A stretch of DNA of 50,943 nucleotides from Nemertoderma westbladi. Its lineage: Eukaryota; Animalia; Xenacoelomorpha. Below, in pieces: positions 12,699 through 23,310 of the stretch (its first letter is position 1; the number at the start of each line of letters is the position of its first letter). Under the pieces are notes generated by a model that was not told the DNA's origin, made no database searches, and saw nothing but the letters and a program-made list of their open reading frames with translations. Position numbers and translations under genes: made by a program. Where the stretch lies: the NCBI GenBank assembly GCA_032718475.1, contig JAUCBJ010004597.1, forward strand, positions 1 through 50,943, read 5' to 3'.

Positions 12699-13305
12699 TT
12701 CCACAACGAAAATTTCCCAAGAAGATGGCTAAAAGTAGTACGAAATGATGGAAAGAAACAGATAACTCAACTATAAACTGAATGATGACTTGTACTATTA
12801 TGATGATGAGAATGTGATGATGTGCATCCCTGGTGTCTTGCGCTTATAACCCAATGATGATAGCCGGGGGGCTATAACCCCAATGAAATGGTGAAATAAA
12901 TGATGAAATGTGAAATAAATGATGAAATGTGAAATAAATAATGAAATGTGGAATAAATGATGAAATGTTAAATAAATGATGAAATGTGAAATAAATGATG
13001 AAATGTGAAAGAAATAATGAAATGTGAAATGAATAAACTATAGAAATAAAAAAGACAAAAAAAGGTATAAAATGTAGAATGGAAAAAGAATTTAAAAAAG
13101 AAGCGGACATGCGGACAAAAACTGGTTGGATAATAATGAATAGCTTTAGTAACTGTAAATACTGAATTTAGTACCAATAAGATGATAGATGCCTATATAT
13201 CAATAATATTACTTACATTAAAAATAACTATTCTGCAGTCGCTATAGAATCAGACTTTCTGGATTTATAATTAACTGAATTAATTTGTAACGGACGTAAT
13301 TTACA
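12371..13305 (+). repeat. Putative LTR A (~935 bp, TGTAA...TTACA) between BEL pol and exonuclease ORF A
   Basis: Starts TGTAA after the PPT and ends TTACA (inverted termini). It is followed by ATA and then TGG (13309). It contains internal tandem repeats and a TATA-like CCTATATAT at ~13192. No second copy in the window, so LTR status is inferred. Confidence 0.55.
12880..13035 (+). repeat. 19 bp minisatellite (ATGATGAAATGTGAAATAA)n
   Basis: About 7-8 slightly diverged units are directly visible. Confidence 0.9.
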
Positions 13306-13307
13306 AT

Positions 13308-15924
13308 ATGGACCCGAATCGCCAGATTCTCGGCGAATTACGTACTACAATTGATTTATTGGAAAATCCACTGGATCTCCTAGTTTTGATTTGATGTTTA
13401 GATGTTTAGGTTTAGATGTGAAATGGAATGCCCTGTTGAGCGAGAATGTGCGAGTCATTCGTTTCTCTGGGAGGGAGGTCCTGGATACCCATAACCTACA
13501 GGCGCTCCGGTTGTCCGATGCTAGTACAAGCCTGAAAAGGACTCGGAACGCTGAGGCAACCGGAGGAGGAGAGTTGTCGTTCTGGGATACGTTCCGGCGA
13601 AGCGTCTACAAATCCCGGTGCTTGATATACGACAATGAGGGCAACGCGATGCCAACTCCGAAGGCGGTTACAATGGCGCGATGTCAGAGTTTCATCGATG
13701 ATAAGAGTACATATCTCGCACACTGGGGAAACCTGGTGGAATGTACAGCGACGCTGTGAGAGGACTGAATGACAGTCATCCAAAACCGAGACGACTATAA
13801 AGAAAAATACAGGACAAAAGAGTACGGTCGGTCGCTAATCGTCATCCTCGGAACCCTAGACGGATTGGTACTGGTGTGTCGAATATTTCCAACACCACAA
13901 CAGGAAATACGGACAGCTGGAGTGATCTGGTTACTACCATCGGAGATCCAATAGATCCTGTTCGACTTTGATATTATCAAAATCGGATCAGATATAAAGG
14001 CGGACCTCCGAAACGACTACATCAACGCTCCATTCGGAAGGAACTGTAGAGAGGACATCAGCGCAACTTCATTGACACCCAAACCCTGCTGGTCTGGTTA
14101 CGGGTCACAGACTTTATGGGCGGGTTTAGAGAGGTGAGACGGACCAAATCCGGTATCGGCTACCTAGCAGTGCTAAACGGCGGTTTAGATTTTAAACCAC
14201 AGAAGTTCCCGGACTACAATAAAATCTACAGCGCGCATCCGGATCTAGCGATACATCATGAGCGGGAGAACCGTTGGAGGGATGTAGAGAGGAAGTGGAC
14301 GATCCACCAACGCTGGGATAATCTGGATCGCCAAAACTACATCTACGTAACGATGGAGTCTTACACGGTCGCCAAGTTTATCTGTAAAACCCTCGATAAG
14401 CATATTAGCGCGGTCCCCAACGCCTTCATAGACTACGAATGGAACGAGGTGATCGAACATGCATTCAAGGCGGTACAGAATATCCAACTGGGAGATACCA
14501 AGATGCTCGACATAAACGAATCCTGGGATCTGCATGGACCATTCGATATCCCAACGATTAACGATCTCCTTGGCGCAGAGGAACTTATAGTGTTGTCGGA
14601 AGGGGAGGAGTTATGGAAACACGAATGTGTTCTGTTATCCACACCGAAACGTCAACACATACCGGAAGTTGCCTACGGATCAGCCGCTAAGCGAATTGCC
14701 GCGACTGAGCCTACGATGGACTCTGGTGTAACTACTCCGCTTGGTTCCGGTAGTCCGGCGAGAGAACTAGTTACCACACTCGCACTCATTGACTTAGATT
14801 ATACATGCAGGAGGTTATCTCCTTACCCATTTCCTGGAGGAGAGGATTGGTCCACGGAAACCCCAAGTACCAGTACCCAGCCGACCCGATCTGTAATCCA
14901 AGTTACGAAGGGCCCTAGTATACCACCAACCCCGAGAGACCTCCTCGGGATTCCTTCGGCGAATATTCCGGCACTCCATCGCCGACTGGCTATTGCGACG
15001 GCTCCCACCATTCCAGAGGACCCGATGAGACTCACCCGATGGTACACGGAACAGAGGGAGTGGATTCATCGTCAGAAATGAGCACCCGAAATGCGTCCAG
15101 CAGACAATAAGGAGGGATACCGCAGCGAGGCCCAACACCGCGACAGCACAGCGTTCCGCGGGCTTCCTATGACGACGATTATCCCCAAGAAGGATAGACG
15201 ATTGGAATATTACGCCGGCGTACAGATCCCGATCTTCTTCGGTCAGGAAATGCAACTAGATGTTTGCAGTAGCTGTGGTTCGGATCAGTGTCCTCGCGGT
15301 AAGAAACAACGAGTAACCGAACCGTGTTTCCAAATCCTCGGGATAATATATTGCCCATATTGCGCCACCCCGGGCCATGACGTAGCAGTTTGCCCGACAC
15401 TTTATAACGTCTGTACGACGTGCAGCTTCCGTGGGCATATGGCGAGCCCTCGGTGCAACATTAAATGTCCTACCAAGGATGTTACAGCTACCGGGAACAT
15501 GGTTATGTTCGAGACATACGCCAATGTCCACGTAAAGACCAGAGCGTGATTGAGCGCTCGAAACGTTGCACAGGAGATGGCGTGCAGATATTTCTTGTTC
15601 CCCGAACGCCTCCATACGGTAAAGACCTTGCCTTTCCACTATGTGGATTTATTGCTTAGCGCCAATCTATTCGGTCTCTTCGAAGTGATTAGACGTCTAT
15701 ATTCGTATACCGAAGCGTTTGGAGATGGAGAATGGTTCCAGGTGGCACGAACCATCAAGCTGGAAAGGAGAACAGATCTCATCTCGATTCCCCCCCGAGG
15801 AAGGGCTGCCAGGAGGCAGGCAGCGTCACTTCTCATGTCGGCCAATGATGCCCCTCTACCCGCATTTGCGATAGATGAAAGTCGACGGGCGAAGAAAATG
15901 AAAGCATATCAAAGCAGGAGATGA
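13308..15924 (+). pseudogene. Decayed ~870-codon ORF A: DnaQ/WRN-like (DEDDy-type) 3'-5' exonuclease, Pro/Thr-rich linker, three CCHC-type knuckles, unknown C-terminal domain
   Basis: ExoI CLIYDNEG; VILGTLDGLVLV; LPSEIQ*ILFDFDIIKIGSDIKADL (ExoII); KSGIGYLA; RWDNLDRQNYIYVTMESY (ExoIII). Then CSSCGSDQC (degenerate knuckle), CPYCATPGHDVAVC and CTTCSFRGHMASPRC. ORF-track fragments 13391/13769 share one frame and 14116/15091/15550 share another. About 2 frameshifts and several in-frame stops. Confidence 0.75.
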
Positions 15925-16444
15925 AAGACCAGGACATTTATAGACACTTATTCGAACATTTATTTTTATATGTACGTAAACTAACTCTAGGACAAATTAA
16001 TCATAGACTATGCAATAATAAAAATTGGGTTTTTATATGGGGAAATGACCTTACGCAAACTCGATCCACCGATAGACCTCACGAAGGTCATTTGGGGGGA
16101 CTGTTCGCGGTATTTCAATTTATCATTACGCGAGTTACATATTTTTTGGATTTATATTTTATGAATGTTCCAATATCATTGGTGGGTGCGGGAACACAAA
16201 ATTTGGGCACATTTGATAGACTGGGGGCGATTTAAGGGCGAAACTTGGGCGGACTTAGGGGCGCGGGAACCATCTCAGATATTTAAGGGCCATGGGTGGG
16301 AGGTAAAATCAAGCAATACTCTCGGCTGTCAGGGTTGCCTGATAGTTACTAGAGGTCTAGACAACCTCCTTCTACTTCGGTAGTTGGTATCCCGCTAGGC
16401 CTGGGGACAAGGACTGCCCTTAGAGGTCCCTGGCCATCAGTGGT

Positions 16445-17000
16445 GACTGAGCCTGAAAAGGACTTGGGCGTTGCTCGATGCGCTAGGGATTTGCGACGGG
16501 ACTGATAGATCCTAAGCGGTTCCCGGTGCGTTGGCTACGACTGAGCCTGAAAGGGACTCGGGTGGAGTCTTCGCATTGGGGACTTGCGAAGGATCGACTG
16601 ACCGGACGGAAAGGAAGGGTTCGACGAGAACTGACTTCCTGGCATGGGCTCCACGACTGGCGTTAGTACGAGCCTGAAAAGGACTCGGAAGCTCCGACAG
16701 TTGGGGCTCACAACGGGCCGACAGACCCCTAGCTAAGCCGTACCGCTTTCCTGATGACCGATCCCGTTAGGGTTCGGGAAGGGTGGGTCGGACATGCGAC
16801 AGGGTCGAAAGACAGAGGACCGGACTTTACTGGCCTACCGACTATTCGGAGCGGGTTCTCGACTACTAACGTGACTACGAGCCTGAAAAGGACTCGGAAA
16901 GCTTAGGTGGCTGGGACCCTGCGATGAACCAACAGACCCCTATCTAAGCCGTACCGCTTTCCTGATGACCGATCCCGTCAAGGTTCGGGAAGGGGGGGAC
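16445..17000 (+). repeat. GC-rich diverged repeat array with a conserved GAGCCTGAAArGGACTyGG core
   Basis: Cores at ~16450, ~16543, ~16670 and ~16879. The last two units also share ACAGACCCCTAkCTAAGCCGTACCGCTTTCCTGATGACCGATCCCGT. Confidence 0.85.
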
Positions 17001-17450
17001 AGACAAGCGAACGATCGACCGACACTGACACTACGGTACCGGGACTAGGACCGAGGGAAAATGGGGAACATTAGTTATGTCAAAAATCTGAAAGTTAAGC
17101 GAACAGTGGGTAATTAAATAATTTACTGTAGGAATTTATATTGTGTATTATTGTGAATATTTGGTATATTGGTGTGTGGGGAAGCCCAAATTATTCTTTT
17201 GCTTATTGTTTCCCCGTAGGTTGTACACAGTATGTACACTCAACAAAGAATATATTGATGAACACTACTAATGAACACAGCTGAACTGTACTGTACTAAA
17301 TTGATAGATTGCGCAAATGCACAGTCACATGCTACTAATTTAGTTCTAGCCACAAGGTGTTCTGTTTGTTAACCTGACCTTTCTAGGTAACAAGCTGGGG
17401 TGTTAATAGGCCTAATTGTCTTTAGCAATTAAGATTTTATTCACTTTAGG

Positions 17451-19258
17451 CTGACTGACTGACTGACTGACTGACTGACTGACTGTCTGTCTGACTGACT
17501 GACTGACTGACTGACTGACTGACTGACTGACTGACTGACTGACTGACTGACTGACTGACTGACTGACTGACTGACTGACTGACTGACTGACTGACTGACT
17601 GACTGACTGACTGACTGACTGACTGACTGACTGACTGACTGACTGACTGACTGACTGACTGACTGACTGACTGACTGACTGACTGACTGACTGACTGACT
17701 GACTGACTGACTGACTGACTGACTGACTGACTGACTGACTGACTGACTGACTGACTGACTGACTGACTGACTGACTGACTGACTGACTGACTGACTGACT
17801 GACTGACTGACTGACTGACTGACTGACTGACTGACTGACTGACTGACTGACTGACTGACTGACTGACTGACTGACTGACTGACTGACTGACTGACTGACT
17901 GACTGACTGACTGACTGACTGACTGACTGACTGACTGACTGACTGACTGACTGACTGACTGACTGACTGACTGACTGACTGACTGACTGACTGACTGACT
18001 GACTGACTGACTGACTGACTGACTGACTGACTGACTGACTGACTGACTGACTGACTGACTGACTGACTGACTGACTGACTGACTGACTGACTGACTGACT
18101 GACTGACTGACTGACTGACTGACTGACTGACTGACTGACTGACTGACTGACTGACTGACTGACTGACTGACTGACTGACTGACTGACTGACTGACTGACT
18201 GACTGACTGACTGACTGACTGACTGACTGACTGACTGACTGACTGACTGACTGACTGACTGACTGACTGACTGACTGACTGACTGACTGACTGACTGACT
18301 GACTGACTGACTGACTGACTGACTGACTGACTGACTGACTGACTGACTGACTGACTGACTGACTGACTGACTGACTGACTGACTGACTGACTGACTGACT
18401 GACTGACTGACTGACTGACTGACTGACTGACTGACTGACTGACTGACTGACTGACTGACTGACTGACTGACTGACTGACTGACTGACTGACTGACTGACT
18501 GACTGACTGACTGACTGACTGACTGACTGACTGACTGACTGACTGACTGACTGACTGACTGACTGACTGACTGACTGACTGACTGACTGACTGACTGACT
18601 GACTGACTGACTGACTGACTGACTGACTGACTGACTGACTGACTGACTGACTGACTGACTGACTGACTGACTGACTGACTGACTGACTGACTGACTGACT
18701 GACTGACTGACTGACTGACTGACTGACTGACTGACTGACTGACTGACTGACTGACTGACTGACTGACTGACTGACTGACTGACTGACTGACTGACTGACT
18801 GACTGACTGACTGACTGACTGACTGACTGACTGACTGACTGACTGACTGACTGACTGACTGACTGACTGACTGACTGACTGACTGACTGACTGACTGACT
18901 GACTGACTGACTGACTGACTGACTGACTGACTGACTGACTGACTGACTGACTGACTGACTGACTGACTGACTGACTGACTGACTGACTGACTGACTGACT
19001 GACTGACTGACTGACTGACTGACTGACTGACTGACTGACTGACTGACTGACTGACTGACTGACTGACTGACTGACTGACTGACTGACTGACTGACTGACT
19101 GACTGACTGACTGACTGACTGACTGACTGACTGACTGACTGACTGACTGACTGACTGACTGACTGACTGACTGACTGACTGACTGACTGACTGACTGACT
19201 GACTGACTGACTGACTGACTGACTGACTGACTGACTGACTGACTGACTGATTGACTGA
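17451..19258. repeat. (ACTG)n tetranucleotide microsatellite, ~1.8 kb (~450 units)
   Basis: Near-perfect array, with small variants only near each end (CTGT near 17485, GATT near 19250). Confidence 0.98.
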
Positions 19259-19650
19259 TCTCCAGCCAAAACCGCTCTAACGAGCTCTAACTGGCTGGCT
19301 GGATTATAATGTCACTGGCATGATCGGCTACTCCGTCCATAGCACCTGGGCTTGAAAAATAGTCATAAACCGACAAAAGTCATAGGCGCAATTATAAAGT
19401 GCACATGAAAAATTGCTAGCGGGAGCAGTAGCGGGAGCGTAGTAATGCTATTCAATAGGGAGGGCCCAACTAACAACAAAGTACTTTGTATGCCAAGTTT
19501 ACTCACTTACTCTTTCATCACAGACAAACATTAACTGCGTTAGTGTACTTAAAAATATTTGTGCCAACATAAACATTTTGGAGAGGATTACTCTCTTTGA
19601 GAAGTTTATAAGGCTGAAATGTTTACTCAGTCTCATATAATTCGCAATAG

Positions 19651-22600
19651 GCCACTGCCAGGATCGGCATGCTGCATTGCAGCTGCATTTTTAAGAATGC
19701 TGTGCCGGCTTGTCGACAAAATTGCACCGCTACAACTCCCTATCACCCATGACATTTGCTAGATCATCCGTATCTTCAAGGCCAGTGTCCTTTAAGATGC
19801 GTCTCAAGAAAGTCATGGGCTGTCCATGAGGCTGCCAAAGTACAAGATTATGCACTGGCTGGTCCTCATGGCGAAAGCAATGTCCTGCAAAGCGGAGGCG
19901 ATTTTGTTCTAGTGTCAAGCTTGGGGGAACCAATGAGACACCTCCAATGTTATATAATGTCAGGTTGGAGATGTGTGCATTGTACTTGACACAATGAACC
20001 CGGCGTAGCATTGTTGTGAATGTGACATCCAGAGATTTGGTGTCCTAAGCAGTTAGAGCCCTGTCATGGACTCCCATAGAGGAGTACTGGAACTACTGCT
20101 GCTCTAAATAATCGGACCTTAAGTTCCCGATTAATTCTCGGTGACTTCCAAATCCTGGAAAGCCTATTCAAGGCTGCCCATACCTTTCCCTTACGTATTC
20201 GAAGGTCCTCACCTGACTTCCGGATCCATGATCCCAGGTAATAGAAGTCGTCCACATGCTCAAGCACACCATCCTTTGATCTTATGCTCATTCAATCAGA
20301 GACTTGCTGAGGACTTTCAAAGTTAACTGTCAAAATTTTGGTCTTTCTGGAGTTAATAAAAAGACCAACACTAGAAGCAGCATGCAGCTGAGGAGGCGTT
20401 GGGCTCCCCCTAGTGATTCTGAGAGTACTCCTAAGTCATCAGCAAAGTCTAGATCAGTTAGGTACTTGGCAGGATTTCCTCGACTTCTGGAGCCAGTAGG
20501 TGGAGTTATCATCACCCCATCATCATTATGATGATCTAAGGACATGCGTAGAACATAGTCAACCACAATTATGAACAAGAATGGTGCAAGTGTGTCTCCC
20601 TGGAAGACGCACCATAGCACTTCAAATGGTTCTGTGTCACCATCAACAGTAGACACAAATGTTGTCAAACCATCGTATACTGATCTGATTGCTGCAATAA
20701 TTTCATCAGGAATCCCATATAATGAAAGTATGCTGAACATACGTGAGCGAGAGACTGAATCATAGGCCTTGAAGAAGTCAACAAAGATAACAGCCAGATG
20801 CCTGTCTTTCTTTTTTGATAACTCTTCAATTATCCTTCTAAGTGCCAAAATGGGCTCCATGGTCCCACGACCTTTACGGAACCCATTCTGATTTCCACGG
20901 AGCAGTCTCTCAATGGGATCCCTGATGCGATTTAATAGAATTGTATTGCATAGCTTTGCAGCAATCGAGATCAATGAGATTCCCCGAAAAGAACCATAGA
21001 GTGTTAGGTTGCCGTTCTTGGGAACTGGTACCCTGTCATTATTGAGGAGCTTTTCAAAGTGGGCCTTCCAACCATTGAGGCGATCGGCTGGTGATTCAGC
21101 TTTAACCTTGGTGGTTGGTTGGCTTTTCCGACCAGTAAGCAAGTTGATCGATTTCCATGCCTGGGATGATTGCCTGCTGTCGTCAGCATCATTGATGGCA
21201 TCAACCTGTTGGTTTATTAGCTCCTGTAGATTAACAGAGTACTGCCTGTTCAGGGACCTAGATGCAGCCTTAACTGCATTCTTGGCTGCTGTAGTCTGTT
21301 TGAGTCGGGACTCTTTCTGCGCCTTATATAGCGGTCATTTCGGCACTTCTGATTTTGTTGTCAGTCCAGGGGGCCCTTTTCCTGTTTCGAGGGTATACAG
21401 GAACTGTTTCTGTAGCTGCTAACTTAACTGCTTCTGTGAAGGCAGTATAGCCCTCACAGTGATCTGCCGCCTCAGAGGCAAGAACCTCATACCTGTTGCT
21501 CAGCTGTAGTGTGAAGCTGATCTCACACTTGACTGTTGCAACAGAGAGGACCAGTCATGCCGCGGCAAGGAAGATGCAGTCTGATTGGCCACAATAAGGC
21601 GGTGATCACTGGATAAGGGTTGAAGTGTAAATGCATTACGCTCTTGTATAGAGCTCCTGTATTTCCTATAAAACAGAATATGGTCTATCTGGGACTTGTG
21701 ACCACTGGGTCCACTATGAGTCCATAGCTTTCCAGTTCGCTTCTGGACTGGGTTCCAGCCGAAAACAATCCATTTCCAGAGATAAAATCCTGAAGATGGA
21801 CGGAATTTCGGTTAACACTATTGCTATAGACCCAGGGCGATGTTAAGAATGCATGCTGATCCACTCCATCAGTAGCTGCTTGTAGATTGTGGTAGAAATT
21901 TTCCACCTCCTCTACAGGGGCAACACTAGTTGGAGAGTAGCGCACAATTAGAACCACCTTAGGAAATTTCTTAGCCAGTCTTCCAGAACATGAGAAGTGG
22001 CAATGGATGATGCGGTTAGAGATTTGGTCTAATTTGTCCAATGCTGCATGTGCAGTTGGATTCATCAATAGACCAATACCACCATTGCCACTATCATCTG
22101 CTGACGCGAGGGCGAGTCGCCAACCGCCCCCCATGTCTTTAATCAGAACCTCATCAGTCTGTCCAGTCTGCATTCGGTGCTCTTGAACACCTACTGCGCT
22201 AAGAGAAAGCTTATCTGCCAAGGCAGTCTGCTCACCTTGTCGCATTGGGGACCCGAGTGTTACGGTGTTTACTGAGGCTAGTCTAGTGACTTGCCTCAGA
22301 TTCACCAATGGCTTTGTTGGTCGGGGTGGAACATGATACCACACCCTGGTTTGCCATTCCACAGGGTGGGTGTCGCAGTGGGGTCAGATATGAGGCCCAT
22401 CCCCCATATCTACTCTGGCGCACATGACCCACCATTGGCAGTGCAGCTCATCTGCTGGGTCATGCCCTGTACCCCTGCTGCCAGGTGCAGGTCGCAGTGA
22501 AGTGCACTCAGGGTGGACATGAGAACACTCTACTCCTGACCAGCCATTGGTAGATCACCATCCGTCTGGCCAGGCCATATACCCCTGCAGCCAAGTATAT

Positions 22601-22775
22601 GGGTCCTTAATCCAGGACCAAGGGCGTCCTTCCTTATCCCAGAACGAACGGGGTCCTAGTTACAGGACCAGATTTGCCCTAGTAAGAGGGTCTATGCAGC
22701 TACAGGTGGCACCTCCTTACGCTGCATGGAGGTGGCAAGTTTTCTTGATCAATGACCTAGAATACCTGACCTGAC
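19651..22775 (-). mobile_element. Near-full-length decayed RTE-clade LINE (APE endonuclease + RT)
   Basis: APE motifs ASVNTVTL..VGVQEHR..GGIGLL..YSPT. RT motifs RGISLISIAAK..NQNGFRKGRGT..FVDFFKAYDSV..QGDTLAPFLF..LDFADD..YLGSWI..LLYGS..RLRFAGHC. The 3' end matches the (TAG)n-tailed fragment at ~32600-32790. Stops and frameshifts present; ends approximate. Confidence 0.9.
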
Positions 22776-23029
22776 CTTGTTTAAAATTACAGTTTGAAAT
22801 GAAAACTCAGTTAACCCAGAGAATCTGTATCAGGTTACTGCACTAGGGTGTTCAAAACGTTTTATAGGTGAATGAAATTTAGCGGCTAAGATTACACTCT
22901 GTCAGACACCCTTCAAAACATAGGCAAACATTAATCCTACTATGAGTTTGTAATTTGCACTGAATCGAACGAAATAGAATATCTAATAGCTTAATGAAAA
23001 TTTTAAATGATACTCAGATTTTGTATCTG

Positions 23030-23310
23030 AATAATCGAATTTGTAACTGGACAGTCTGATCTGCTCATAAAATTTGTTACATTAGTGCTATGATTTGTTA
23101 CCGGTTATTTGGATTTGGATACTGGGCAGGGGCTATGTAACAGGGTGCTCAGATTTATAAACATTTGTAACAAATCATAACCAGGGTCATCAAGTTACGA
23201 CAGGGTGCTCAAATTTGTAACCAAACCTACTGATTTATAACGAGCAACACAGATTTGTAACCAGGTTCTCAATTTTGTAACTGGGAATGCCAATTCGTAA
23301 CCGGGCACTC
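23030..23310. repeat. Degenerate ~20/41 bp tandem repeats (ATTTGTAACCAGGGTGCTCA-like)
   Basis: TTTGTAAC and CAGGGTGCTCA motifs recur at regular spacing. Confidence 0.65.

Noticed and set aside
12700-12708. Alternative end of LTR A at CCACAAC (and of LTR B at ~30061)
   Set aside because: Neither is followed by a PBS-like TGG or a checkable TSD, and the A site lacks the terminal CA. The longer boundaries give inverted termini plus TGG in both cases. Not fully excluded.
16750-16815. Hammerhead ribozyme (CTGATGA...GAAA)
   Set aside because: Stem II does not close properly next to the core, and the second copy (~16962) lacks the GAAA.
16445-17000. CRISPR-like array
   Set aside because: Spacing is irregular (~93, 127, 209 bp), the spacers are partly homologous to each other, there are no cas genes, and the context is eukaryotic.
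17446-19269. 607 aa ORF (QSVS)n
   Set aside because: It is only the translation of the (ACTG)n microsatellite on its stop-free strand; there is no evidence of a gene.
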